A program made the position numbers and the translations under genes. The notes below the pieces were generated by a model. The model made no database searches and was not told the origin of the DNA. It worked only from the letters and a program-made list of their open reading frames with translations. Shown piece after piece: positions 50,710 through 64,000 of a stretch of DNA of 64,000 bases. This DNA comes from Octopus sinensis (taxonomy: Eukaryota), in contig NC_042998.1 in the NCBI RefSeq assembly GCF_006345805.1, positions 144,832,001 to 144,896,000 of the forward strand. Direction: 5' to 3'. The stretch's first letter is position 1. Each line of letters opens with the position of its first letter.

Positions 50710-53700
50710 TGGAAAAATTAAAGAAGTATTTTAAAAGAATATTTGCAAAGTATTCAAATACAAGGGCATTTTCCTTGTTCCTGCCTGTCTCTGTCTCTCT
50801 TGTGGGTTGTGAATTCTGGCAGAGAAGAAGGAGAAGAATAATAATGCCGAAGTGCCATGATAGTAGTAGGGTGTTAAATGTTCAAGTGCCTTGAAAGTGA
50901 CTTGTTGTGGATGGTAGTAGTGATTGAATTCTTGAGACATCTCTTTTGAATGTATTATTTATAATAATTGCATAGGTGTTATTCTAAACAGCAATAGTAG
51001 TAAAGTAAGGAACGAGGTGGCAGAGAGGAAGAAGACGAAGAAGGAGAAAGAGAAGAGAGAATAATATGGGAATGCGGGTGGTATGATAGTAGTATGATAT
51101 TAAATGGTCAAGAAATACTGAAATAATGAAGAAATACTGAAAGAACTCAAGAAAATCAACACAAATCTGTTAACGTTTTGAACAAATTTGACTCAATACA
51201 TGAACCCAATCGAGAGAACAATGAGGAAATTGATGCAAAAAATACAAACTCTGAAATCGTCGAAAACCTTGGAAACTTATGCAAAACAATTAGAACAGTT
51301 TTCCCTAACAGCGCGAACACAAGGACAGCATATGGGATCAATACTCTCACAACACACTAAATGAAACACCATATAGTACCACAATGGAACAAATCACTTA
51401 GAGATAGAAAGTTCGCCTTTTGGAAGAGCAACAAAGCGGATGTATATGAAAAATGGCTCTATCGGACACCATTAATTCTCCCACGTAAACTCCAGATCAA
51501 AGCCATTACAGATGAACCTGAAACACAAAGACGTCTCAGGGAAAGAATGGCACTGGAAAAAGTGAAAATGGAAATAGAACTTCTAAAATTGGGGACCCAG
51601 ACGAATGAAGATAAAGTAAAATCCATTGATGAAGAGATCAACCAAGAAATTAGCAAAATGACCCAAGGCCCCAATCAAGAGAAGATCTCCAAACTATGGA
51701 GAGAGGATTGTGATAAAGAAGAACTGAAATCCCTCCAACGCTGGGAGAAAGGTGCCTCTTGGTTCTCAAACTACGAAACCATCTTTCAAACATAACACAC
51801 TTCCAACAACCCTTTCCTGAAAATAAGAAAATCAAAACAACACTCAAACTCTGATTCACACCTGTCTAAAAATCGGAACTATCCCCCCTACCAAAAAAAG
51901 AATACAGGACCTAAACCTTACTTTGTAAGCCACCAGCGATACAATATCGGGAGTACCCCAACTTCAAACAGAGGAAGGAAAAATCACTACCTGCAGGATA
52001 GACATTGCAAACCACCCACCACCACCATAAGGAGTTACCAACAAAATTTTTGTTCCAACAATCTACTAAACAACCATGCACAACAAACCCATAATACACA
52101 CAATAATTACCAATGATGGTCCCCTAAAACACCACATCTGAACATGGGGTGTCAGGGCACACTTTTCAAAACCATTCCAAGAACCCACACCATAAATCAC
52201 AACGCAGCATCCCACAACAATAAGGAACAACTACATAATAGCTACCATCCCAACCACAGCAATCATCTTTTAGACCCAATATGCAAATACAGAGACACAA
52301 GATAGCACCAAACAGACAGGAGGAACCAAAGTGATAAAAATTATCAATCAAACTCACAAAGAACTAACAGCAAACCAAATCAATATACTCTCCAAAGGGA
52401 TCAAGTTTACACCCACCCCACAATGCCCCAACTACAATGAAATGAAAGAAGACATCACAGAATTCTGTAGAAAATTACGACTCACTGAGGAGCTATATGA
52501 CAAATATGAGAATGAATCGGTCTGAAATAGAAGTAATTACACCCCCGTGAACACATCTCGAATTACCCATATCAACATATGCACAAACAAAAACACAAAC
52601 CAAACTTCAGCAAAAAGGAATGGGCTGAGATGAACAAATTAAAAGATGACAAAACAATAACAATCAAAGAGGCTGATAAAGAGAGTGCAGTTGTCTTAAT
52701 GGACACGGTATACTATATAACTCTAGTACTATTCATATTGGAAGACACAACATATTATGAAAAAGCCCAACACTACAGTCAGCAGAAAATAACCTAAAAT
52801 CCATGTTAAACCTATACAGAGAAGGGCTCATCGACTAAGAATATGACTATATGACCAATTTCAAAAGTAAAACCAGTCAATTCTATGGTATTCCCAAGAT
52901 ACACAAAAGTGAGAAAATAAGCAACGCATGCAGAATAGCTACAGACATAATAATCAAAGTCCCTACTCCTAATGACCTCAAATTGAGACCTATAATAGCA
53001 GGTCCCGCATGCGAAACCCACTGCTTCAGTAACATTTTAGATACTCTCTTAAAACCATTCCTCAAGCATGTCAAAAGCTACATAAGGGATGACCTGGATA
53101 TGCTCAATCACCTTCCTGAAATAATATAAACACCCTACTAGTATCCTTCAATGTAGTCAACCTCTATTCCAATATCCCCCACAACCTAGGAATAGAGGCA
53201 ATTCAATTCTGGCTAGAGAATTATGCCAACGAACTCCCACATCACATCAAAAAAGAATTTGTGATAGAAGGGCTAAAATTCATCTTGGAGAATAACTACT
53301 TCGTCTTCAAAGACAACTTCTATCGACAAAAATCGGGGACTGCGATGGGTATGAGAATGGCCCCCTCCTTTGCTAACCAGGTCATGGGATATCTAGAACT
53401 TAGTCTTTATTGTAAGGTTCTAGAAAAATACGGCAGCCCATTCTCCCTCTACATCGAAGATAACTGAAAGAGATATCTGGATGACTGTTTCATTCTTTGG
53501 CATAAAAGTATAGAGACTTAAAGAATTCCAAGCACTTATAAATGGACTTGACGTAAACATTCAATTCAAGATGGAATATAGCCATCAACAACTTTCCTTC
53601 CTCAACATCCTCATTAAGAAATCTAACAACGTAATAGAAACAGATATATACTATAAGCCCACGGACTCCAAGCAATATGTACCATTCAACTCATGATACC

Positions 53701-55200
53701 CCAGACACACCAGAATGAATATCCCTTTAACCTAGCAAAAAGGATATGTACTATAGTTTCTAATGCAAGCACCAGAGACAAACGATTACATGAACTAAAG
53801 GATTAGCTCATCACCAGGAACTACCCACCTTCACTAATTGACATATGCTTTCAACGTGCCCTACAACTCAACATCCCAAATTAAAGGATTTACAACCAAA
53901 AGCCCTACCATACATCTCCACACACAACCCTCTTAACAATGAAGCCTTTGACACCATCCTTCGAAACATTCCCCTGCTAAAAAAGGACCACAGAATGAAC
54001 TTAATCCTCCAAACACACACCATCATAAAAAGCAAGAGACAACCCAAACCTATGAAAAGTCTCCTAACAAGCCCAGATACGCTCAACAACAACACAGAAG
54101 CCATCAGTAAAAAAAATGCAGAAGACCCAACTGTGGAATATGCATCAATTTAATTGAGGGATCAGAGTTCTCCTTCAAACAGGGACGTTTCACAATGAAA
54201 AGCAGCTTCATAGTGCTTCAGAGAACCTGATATATGCACTAACCTGCTCTGGATGTCAAGAGCAATACAGAGGCCAAACAAAAATAGTCTACATCAAAGG
54301 ATGGCTCTGCACAGATCTTAGATTAAAATTCCCCAAAACAGAAAAATAGCATTCAGCCAACACATCGACATTTGCACCAATAACAAAAATTTAAGCTTCA
54401 GAATTTTCCCCTCTACCAATTCAGGGATGATACAACCTGTAGCCAACGAATTAGTAGAGACTCTCTTTATTACAAAATACAGACCCCCCTTTGAACACAT
54501 CTACAACAAACAACATATCCACCACGGCCTTAGAATAACACACACGCAAGTATTAAAAATAATACATTCAAGAGATACCCAAGAATTCATTAAAAAACAG
54601 TCTCAATCACTGTTATAATCTACGAGTCACTTTTAGGTCACCTGACCATTACTATTATACCAGCCGCATTCCCATATTATTCTCTCTTCTCCTTATTCTC
54701 TCCTTCTTCTTCGTCCTCTCTGCCATCTCCTTCCTTACCTTACTACTATTGCTGTTTAGAATAATACCTATGCAATTATTATAAACAATACATTCAAAAG
54801 AGATGCCTCAAAAATTCAATCACCTCTCCCATCCACAACAAGTCACTTTCAGGGCACTTGACCATTTTACATCCTACTACTATCATGGCACTTCAGCATT
54901 ATTCTTCTCTTCCTTCTTTTTCTTCTTCTCTGCCAAGAATTCACAACCACCTCGAACCCACAAGAGAAAAACAAGAGAGACAGAGACAGGTAGAAACAAG
55001 GAAAATGCCCCTTGTATTTTAATACTATGCAAATATTCTTTTAAAAAAACTTTTCTTTTAATTTTTCCAAAATTTAATTGTTTTCCATGCTTACAGTTGA
55101 AAAAGTCTCAATGACGGAAACCGGTACTGAAATGTTTTTTTGTAAAATTATTTTAGCATTTTCTACCTAGACATTTCCCCCATATATATCAACTCGTGTG
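50710..55200 (+). mobile_element. Penelope-like retroelement (RT plus C-terminal GIY-YIG endonuclease, Neptune/Poseidon-like), near full length but decayed, with a 5' inverted terminal repeat
   Basis: ILSKGIKFTPTP, IKEADKESAVVLMD, FYGIPKIHK, LRPIIAG, NLYSNIPH, YRQKSGTAMGMRMAPSFAN, RYLDD, DIYYKPTD, a Cys-rich linker and LIYALTCSGCQEQYRGQT (GIY-YIG). 50710-51110 is the reverse complement of 54643-55069. Confidence 0.95.
55091..55132 (+). ncRNA. Degenerate minimal type I hammerhead ribozyme in the PLE 3' terminal repeat
   Basis: CAG-TTGAAAA-A-GTC(TCAAT)GAC-G-GAAA-CCGG-TA-CTG. Stem I is CAG/CTG, stem II is GTC/GAC, and stem III is the palindrome ACCGGT. The CUGANGA core has two substitutions (U3, A8). 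Confidence 0.6.
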
Positions 55201-55249
55201 TTCCTTTTCAACCTTCATATATATATATACATAGATAGATAGATACATA

Positions 55250-55830
55250 GATAGCTGTAGAATTGTGTAATGTGCTGAGGACATTGCATTTATAAATTAC
55301 ATTATATCTTCTACAATGGGTTTGTAGAGGGTAGATGAATTCAGGACAGCAGTTACAAGTGGATGCATTTTAGGGATTAATTTCAGGAATGGAAGAGATA
55401 ATACTCACAGAGTAGAGGTTAGAGATGGGGGTAGAAAGGTTTAAGTTATTAGTATTATTATTGCTGTCGTTAAGTTTTCTATCTGTAGCAGTGGTGGAAG
55501 TTGTGGTAGTATTCTGGATAGTGTTAGTAGGATAGGTTGGATTATGGTTGTGGTCTAACATATGGGGTTCAATGTTGGAGCTGTGTACATGTTGGGCACT
55601 TGTGTATTCAGAGTTGTTATAGTGTGAGTTTTGATAGTAGAGAGAAAGCTTTTGTTTATTAGAGGTTGCTATGATAGACTCAAAGTTGGGTGGGATGGAA
55701 TAGGATAACTTCAGGGTAGATCTATTAAAGATAGAGTAATATTTATGTTGAGGAGTGAAGTTGGAGTCCAGTATATTAAAGGAGTTAGCTATGTTCTTAA
55801 CGTTTAGTGAAAAGGTGGGTGTATACCATA
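55250..55830 (-). mobile_element. Second Penelope-like element fragment (Naiad-like; RT-EN linker and start of GIY-YIG)
   Basis: WYTPTFSLNVKNIANSFNILDSNFTPQHKYYSIFNRSTLKLSYSIPPNFESII and TCNCCPEFIYPLQTHCRRYNVIYKC resemble the 'WFNPP.S.NV...IFNRNT.K.SYS.MPN' and 'CNC..CPL..CL..VIY' motifs as I recall them. Confidence 0.7.
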
Positions 55831-56029
55831 CACACACACACACACACACACACTTAAAACTACGTAAGCACATAAAACAATGAGCATGGTACATTTTATT
55901 AAGACATGCTCTTGTGATTGATGGCTAGCTATACTTGTACTTATGTACTTAAGTACAAGGGCTCAAATTTTGCAGATGAACAAAATTGAATACACTGACC
56001 CCCAATTTTTGGCTAGTGCTTTATTTTTT

Positions 56030-57207
56030 AAATCTCCAAATGGCTGGAGAAAGTTTAGAAAGCTATTACTGCTGTTGGTTACAAAAAACTTCTCTCTTAG
56101 AGTGGAAGCAGATTGTATGACACTTAGGTAGTAATGGTCCATGAATGCAGAGGACAAGCAAAAACTAGAAAGAAATGAAGCTAGCATGCTCCACTGGATG
56201 AGCAATGTCAGTGTACTTGTACAGCAAACTAAAAACATGTTGAGAGAAAAATTGGGAATAAAAGGCATTAGATGTAGTGTTCAAGAGAGGAGACTTATCA
56301 TGTGGAGGGATGAGGACAGCTGCATAGAAGAGCTGGCTGACACATGGATGGAACCTGTGGAAAGGAGACCCAGCAAGATGTGGAATAACGTAGTGAAGAC
56401 CAACTTCAAGATGCTAGACCTCACAGAGGAGATGACAAAGGACTGAGATGATTGGCAATATACTATTCTTAAGAGCCATCCATCTCAGCAAAAGTGATAT
56501 CCTGTCAAGCTTTTCTCACGATTCATATTTTAAGATCCATCTCTCTTCTAACCATAGCACTATCATTCAGGTGCTGTAAATAATATTATTCATCCTCTTA
56601 CACTTCACATTGTCTCCTTATTACTGCCCCTTATTACCTCCTTCTCCTCTCTGACTTCCATTCCTTTACTTTCCCCAAACTAATATTCACCACTGACCAT
56701 ACCTCAACCCATGTGTCCCATTTACTGGGACACATGGGTCGAGGTATGGTCCACCTCCATTTTTTTCTTTTACACTCTCTACCTACATACCCAACTTTTT
56801 TGATACTTTATCCATATTCTGTCTTATACCATGAGGGTACACCCTCATTATCTCCTTCACTCTTTCCAGCTGGGGCTGTCATATATTTCCTCTACATCAA
56901 GAGACCTGTTGCTGTATTTCTATCATACTTTAACCTCTCAACATCTGGTATAATGTCACCTCCTTCTATATTATACCCCCACTCAATTGAGGAGTTTTGA
57001 GTTACTAGGCAACCTCACTAGTGTTAGTGCAAAAAATAAAAATCACCCGATACACACTGTAATGTAATTGGCATAAGGAAAAGCATCCTACTGTAAAAAC
57101 CATACTGAAGCAGACATTGGAGCTCAGTGTGGTCCTCTGGCTTGTCGGTTCCTGTTGAACAGTCTAACACATACCAGCATAAAAAATGAATGTTAAATGA
57201 TGACGAT
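56030..57207 (+). mobile_element. 5'-truncated RTE LINE of the second subfamily (ORF C-terminus, long CT-rich 3' UTR, tail)
   Basis: LERNEASMLHWMSNVSV...LREKLGIKGIRCSVQERRL, followed by a CT-rich tract and the RTE-type terminus GTTAAATGATGACGAT. Confidence 0.7.
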
Positions 57208-57899
57208 ATATGTATGTATGAATGTGTGTACGTGTCTATTTGTCTCAACATTGTGTAACAGTTGTAAATAAATGTCACTGACATACAAAGTTTCATTCAT
57301 TCCCAATATTCTGCAAAGACACATTTGACCATGGAGAAAATATCAACTTGTTTGGAAACAAGTGAAGGTTGGTGAAAAGATGGGCTTCCAGTTGTAGAAA
57401 ATCTGCCTCAATAAATCTCATCTGCCTGATGCAAGAGTGGGAAAAAAAGAAAAGAAGGATGCTAAAATGACAACGATGATAAACAAAAAAGATATAGTGT
57501 TAGAACTAAAAGAGGAATCCTTTGAGCAGAGGATTATTGAATAGTGAGAAATAATGCAGCTGATCTACTCCACCACTGTATGTTTAAGTAATATATGTTT
57601 GTATCAAATTAGATACAATGAACAGAAGAAGGCCTGCGTGATAGATCTTGCTTAATTTTTCAGGTCAGTTGTAGGCTGATATTGGTTACTCTAGTTATAA
57701 ATATATTCTCAGTGAATGCAAACATCATTTGAAATCAATGAAACATTGAAATAATTACAAATGTTTAAAAACCTTCTACTACTGGTAAATGCGCAACACT
57801 TCAAAAAGACTGGAATAACAAATTACTTGAAGAAACTGGACAATAATTAAAACAGCACCTTTGCACACAAGAACAACCATTGAGTGCACATGATTGAGG

Positions 57900-58340
57900 A
57901 AAACATAATCTTAATAATGGTAATTACTGTTACGTTTCTAGATTGCTTTGCTGAAATAGAGTCCTTGCATCTACCAAAGAAGGATTAAAATATTTTCCAG
58001 GAGTTTCATCAAGTACAGTACAAAGCAATATTATATCTGCAATTGATATAATGTAATAGTTGAAATAATTTGTACTGAAGTTTCAAGTGCTCTGTTTATT
58101 TTAGTGGAAGTAGATGAAAGAGACCGACTGTGTAATGCACGGCCAATTCTGTACTATCATCTGGTGTGCAACTGAATGTAAAATATATCAAAGATTTTTA
58201 AAACTTTATGATGCCAATAATAACAAAAGTGCATCAAAATAGGTTGGTATGATAGAAAATGTCAAACTTCTTTAGTGATACTAAATTGGTCAGCCAAACA
58301 TACTCTGGAGCAGCTGTGATGCCAGGTACAAACAAAATTG
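57900..58340 (+). mobile_element. hAT transposase relic (ZMYM1-like type); possible further pieces at about 59790-59890 and 60100-60520
   Basis: KLVSQTYSGAAVMPG (cf. hAT QTYDGAAVMSG) and LVEVDE (first catalytic D region); HYLHRINVV at about 59840 (cf. HCYAHRLNLV). Confidence 0.55.
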
Positions 58341-59615
58341 AAGGAGAAAGAGTTTAATGCAATGATTTAAGGCATGGTTGTGTGGTTAAGAAATATGCTA
58401 TTCAACCAGGTGATTTTAGGTTCAGATTCAATGTGTGACACCTTATGCAAGTGACTTCTGTAGCCTGAGTTTGATCAAAGCCTTGTGAGTGGATTTGATA
58501 GACAGAAACTTAAAGCAGTAATTAAGTATGATTACATAGACCATTTCTCATTGAAAATCACCAGTTGAGAGAAATGAATGCTTGCCTCTGAACACTTGGT
58601 AGCAGTTTAAGAGCTAAAATAGTAAACTCATTCATATCCTTATCTATGTATTGTTACAGTGTGACACCTTGGGTGTTTCCTACAATAACTTCAGGCTACC
58701 AAATTCACTTGTAAGAGTGAATTTGGTTGGCAAAAATTGGAGAGAGAGAGGGAGTGTGTGTGTGCATATGTATTAACATACATACACTTATGTTTATGTG
58801 TGTACATGCCGGTGTTTGTTTATATTTGGCATCTATGAAATTTACTTGTGACTACTGTTTTTGCTGCCAACAAATTGCTCACTCACTCCATGTGATCAAA
58901 GACATGAAATAAGAGATCCCTTACATGATTCTGAACTTAAGAGGAGTTAGCAACAAGAAGTGCATCAAGCTATAAAACAAACGGCTCTATAATACATTGT
59001 CTAACCCATACTAGCACAGAAAACTGGATGTAAAACTGAATGAACATATATGCATATGTGTTTGTGTCATCTTGTCTTGACAAATATAACAATACACTTG
59101 ATGGAAGTGGGGTTACATTTAATTCTCATGTAGAATATGTAGACTGTGCAACCCTTATATTTAGGCTCAAAAATCTGGATAAAAGTAATGGATAATTCAC
59201 AACTAATTACAATAATTAGTATACCTGAAATAGCTAGTTTTGCATGAGAGAAATTTTAAGAGTATTTTATTGTGCCCTACCTATATCAAATAACCTGAAG
59301 TCAAAATTTTATGTGCATACACACACATTATATAACTATGAAAGTAGAAAATAGATAAAGATGCTACAGTACCCAATACAATGGAGCGTAGCATATTTTT
59401 GGTTCTCAGTGAGGAGAAAGAAAGAAATCCTTTTGAAGTTGGTTAATAAAGTACCAATTCATAACAGTGGATTGACAGAATTGGTGCAGTGTCAGACAAG
59501 GTACCATGCAATATAAGTTCATGATATTTCTGCTTTGATGGCAGCACCTGCGATATACAAGTGCCTTCAATAGACAACCGGTAAACACCAATAACCACAC
59601 ACAAACCTATTTCAC

Positions 59616-59736
<121 letters not shown>

Positions 59737-60907
59737 GCTTTCCTGTTGACAACATATGCACATTCAGCTTTTGCTAAATGACCTGCACAAATAATTTGTC
59801 TATAGTGATCAAATGTTCATGCTGCACACATTAGCTCACTACCTCCACCGAATCAATGTTGTCTGAACAGGTGCACTATGTACCACACATCAAGTGTTGA
59901 AGTGAGATGAAGAATTGAATAATTAAAATATTTATGAGAAATAAGCATATGAATATGTAAACAGTTTTCTAATATTGAATTAAATGAAGAAAAATAATGT
60001 ATAATTTCTTTTGAATAAGTATAAGGTCAATTTTATAGCAGAAGGCTTTATCAACACTAATATTTCACCAACACATTTTTCTTAATATAGATACCAAGTA
60101 GATAATAAGAATGGTGTGAAATAGATCTGGAAATAGATACTACCAGTATTAGGTTCAACTAATCAAAGTGTTGGAGGTTTTGGTTAACCTAAAATGTTCC
60201 TGACTCAACAAAATGAAAAACCAGAGAGATTTCCAAGTTATGAAACGAAGTTTAGTAAAGCTACTAACTTAAAGAGTTATTTAAGAGATTGTTTTTCATG
60301 AGGAAAAGTCATATGCTTGACATGTTTTTATATCCTCAGGTGAGTACCATTGAGAGTAAACTCTACAAAGAATGTTATAATTTAAGTAGAAAGGAGTCAA
60401 GAGAAAGAGATTTAATTCTTGGAGAGCAACAGAAGTTTCGGTTTTGTAAAAAGTGCTGGGACAAATTGGTGACTAGAATGAAAGTCTTGGATATTTGTAT
60501 AGAGAAGAAAAAAAAGAAGTAGCCATCAGATTGCATATTTTTAGATCTTGATAGACTTGTTATTGTTGTTGATAATGATAAACATCCTCCTCCCCATCAG
60601 CTACATGTAAAAAGACTGGCAAAAAGCCAAAGCCTTAAAATCTTACTCTCTAAACCAGTTCACAAATCTGGGTATGTATACCACTAGGGATGCACAAGAA
60701 AAATTGTAGGGGTACACACAAGGTCTGTAAAAACATTGGTATTTTGAAGTAACCACAACCAATGAAATGAAATTTATGTCTAGAAAATGTGTAGAAGGCC
60801 TTTTGTTGTTCCCATCCATTTATAATAGTTGTGAATTTTTGGCAATGAACCCAAAACTACTTAGTTGTAAAGCAAACTTCTTAACATAGTCATGCTTGCA
60901 CCTCTAA

Positions 60908-61255
60908 TCATCATTTACTCTTCCCTTTTCAACGCTTGCATAGGTCAGACAGAATTTGAGATAGATTTTCTGTGGCCAGATGCCCTTCCTATTATCAATC
61001 CTCACCAGCAAGGTAATATTTCTATATGGCCAGTAGATTAGAAACAAATGACATTGCTTGTTCAGTGGTTATGCTCTTTTACAACCATCAAACAATGCAA
61101 AGACCCTACACACACACATAAAAGGTTTCTTTCAGTTGCCATTCACCAAATCCAAGGCTATAGTGGAAGACACTTGGCCAAGGTGTCATACAGTGGGAGT
61201 AAATCTCAAACCATGTGGTTGTAAAACAAACTTCTTAACTACACAACCCAGCCTG
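60908..61255 (-). mobile_element. SINE type B
   Basis: GATGCCCTTCCT...GCAAGGTAATATT...TTTCTTTCAGTT...GAAGACACTTGGCCAAGGTG. Confidence 0.75.
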
Positions 61256-62451
61256 TGACCCTAATGATAATAAATATATTTTCTGGGTTCTTAGACACAG
61301 CTACTGGTCTCAGTCAATGCAGCTTGAAAGCAAAGACATTAAAATTTAGGGAGGGGGTTCCAAAAATATATTACAGCAACTACAATACATGCAAATATCC
61401 AAATTCATAAAATCAAACATTCCTAAACTATTAACTGTCTGAGATTAATTTAAACACATAAAAAGAGCAATATGATAGTTTATATTTGAAAATTTCTGAA
61501 AACATTTGGAGACAAAAGAAGTGATACTGACATTTTGAGACAATTTAAATTATAACTGTCTCCATGATTTTGCCTCAGTGATACAACTGGAGCTGTTTTG
61601 ATAATTTCTACATCATAACGCAAGACTAAATCAGACATATTGCCAACTCAACTAGAAGTTTTGCTTGAACTTGTCTTCGTTGCTCTGAAGAATTTACTGC
61701 TGTACTGACAAGTTTTATGTTGATGACTATCATTCAAAATCTCTGGAATGAATTTTGAAGACAACAGCATGTACGGGGAGTTGCACAATTGGGTGTTAAA
61801 AGGAATTTATCTGAGATAAGGAAGCAAAAACAAGCAAGATAACTGCTGCAGCTTGCTTCTCAGTTAATGATAAGAAAACTACAGTAAAAGTCAACATAAA
61901 AAGAACTGGCAAAACGCCAGTGATAATTGATTACACACAGAATCCACTATTAAGACAAAGTGAAAGTTTTAAAAAGTAACATCACTTGTTAAAGACTAGA
62001 CAAAACCAAGAATGAAATAAACATAGCCTAATACTTTCAAGTGTGCTCTGTGTTTCAACCAGAAACACAGAATACATACAAACAAGCTTGTTGAAAACAA
62101 GCACATTCCATTTAATGATAAAGTGAATTACACCATGCAAACAATCTAGTCATAAAACACAGATTTCCAAACAAACCTATCGAACCTGTTCTATTCTTCA
62201 TCATTTTAGCCTGTTTTTATATGTTGACATTGGTTGGATAAGCCTTACAGTGTTCTCCTCTAATTCTACATTATGTTGCCTGTAAGATGTAATAACGCTT
62301 CTTCCCATATTTTCCTCAATCTCTACAACAGATGATCTACACTATCAGCTCACAGCAATATTTTACTCATCAGACATCCTATATTCGTTCATGTTACAAG
62401 TCCATTGCAATATACTCCCTTTAATATCCAGCCAGCTCAGATACCTTACAA

Positions 62452-64000
62452 CATAGCTTCCCAAAGTGGGCAATATCGCCCACAGGTGGGTAATTCCAAC
62501 TTACAGGTGGGTGATGGGCGAATATCTAGAAAATGGTGGGTGATGTGAACATTTTTTGGGTGACAAAGAATTTTTAGAAATTAAGTCTGCATTTACTTAT
62601 ATCTAGGCATGCCTAGAATAAGGGTGCACGTTTATCAATTTGACTACTTGCATGAGATATCCCTTTGTATTAAAAAAGTGGACTTGTTTATCAATCAAAT
62701 ATTTTTGCTGCACAGTCATTGAGATGGTTGTCATATGTGCTAAAAATAGCAGGCAAATAGGCCTAGGCCTTAAATCATGCTTAAATCATGAAGTCCTTTG
62801 TGTAGGATACAAATTCATAGAAATTCTCTGAAACTCCGGAAAATAAAAAAGTTATGAGGGATTATATGTCATGTGTAATTCTATGGCTTCATATCAAAAC
62901 ACAAGTGCTATTTTCAAGATCTTGACAAAATGTGCAGTCACGTACAAAATGACAGCTTTGAAATTGTGTTTCTTGACTGAGTGAAAATGATCAAACTTTA
63001 TACCTCTATAACCTTTTAAAAACATTTTTCTGGAAAAAGTTGAATAACTCCAGCAATTTAACTTGGAAAGATATATCTAAATTTTAAAATTTCTGATAAA
63101 CTTTAATTTTTGAAATACTGACAGCCAAACAAATTAGATCTGTATTTGCTCCAGTAAAGATGTTTCATCTGACTCTGCTCTATTGACTTCTCTTTGGGAA
63201 TATCATACTGTCTTTCTGATGCTGTCTGTAGAAATTCATTTTCACATTTTCACTTTACTGAAGCCTTCAGTCAAGAAAATTTGTTGACAATACAGTAGTG
63301 ATTATTTGTCATTTGGATTTATTCCCTCTCCTCAGAACTGTCAATTACCAATTTGCCTTCTTTGTCATCAAACATCGACCAACGAAGCAGTGAAACCTTC
63401 ACACTTTAAGTATCACTTTGATGCAAAGCATTCTGACAAGGACAAGCCGTGATACTTTTTACAACTGAGTGCCTCTTTCAAAAAGCAAACACAAACATTC
63501 AACATGCCACTCCAGGAAACTAGTAAGCAGGAGAATGACAGGTTGATTGTATCATACAACATTGCATTGCTTATTGCTAAGTCTGGGAAGTCTCACACAG
63601 TTGGAGAAACATTACCTCACCCGGTTATCGAAGGGGTTTTGTCAACCACTATGAATGCAAAACCTGATGACATTATGAAGAGATCCTGCTTAGTAATAAC
63701 ACAATTTCCCGATGCATTGATGAAATGGCCAACGATGTCAACCATCAGCTAATTAATATTCTCCGGCATTCTGAATTTTCTATACAAGTGGATGAGCCAA
63801 CTGTTGTGGAGAATCAATGTTTGACAATGGTATATATTCAGTATTTCAGTGAAGACCTTCAACCTTGTGAAGAAATGCTGTTTACAGAGAAACTGTTGCT
63901 ATTTTTCACACTCTCAAGTCTTTCCTTTTTGACCATAATATTCCACTCAGTAATATTCTTGCCTGTGTGTCTGCTGGAGCTCCTGTGATAATAGGAAGAC
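62452..64000 (+). mobile_element. hAT Buster/Charlie-type transposon relic (SCAND3/ZBED5-like transposase), running off the window
   Basis: TIR-like CATAGCTTCCCAAAGTGGGC at 62452. Fragments NEAVKPSHFKYHFDAKH, SYNIALLIAKSGKSHTVGETL, LSNNTISRCIDEMANDV, FSIQVDE and EEMLF, with frameshifts. Confidence 0.85.

Overview
AT-rich, repeat-dense animal genomic DNA, not prokaryotic. The repeat families look to me like octopus/coleoid cephalopod (inference from memory, not verified). The only host gene I can support is a minus-strand AGC kinase most like citron Rho-interacting kinase (CIT). Three GT-AG exons (20243-20418, 16400-16548, 4586-4681) splice in frame and run from the Gly-rich loop to the HR of the HRD motif. 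Introns are 3.7 and 11.7 kb; the upstream and downstream exons were not found in the window. Most of the rest I can assign is transposon debris. Retroelements: RTE LINEs, an R4/Dong-like relic, CR1-like ends, Penelope-like elements and several tRNA-derived SINE families. DNA elements: mariner, Tc1, Tigger, hAT, Helentron-type non-autonomous elements and foldbacks, plus microsatellites. Nearly all ORFs in the supplied track are spurious or TE fragments. I see no convincing new multi-gene system. Best leads: (i) a 28/30-bp pre-miRNA-like hairpin just upstream of a CIT splice acceptor; (ii) a Penelope-like element with an inverted terminal repeat and a relic minimal hammerhead ribozyme, cutting a Tc1 element; (iii) a canonical C4HC3 PHD finger in frame with the RTE reverse transcriptase; (iv) several inverted-repeat structures in the CIT pre-mRNA that could form dsRNA. 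TE boundaries are approximate (tens of bp) unless stated otherwise.
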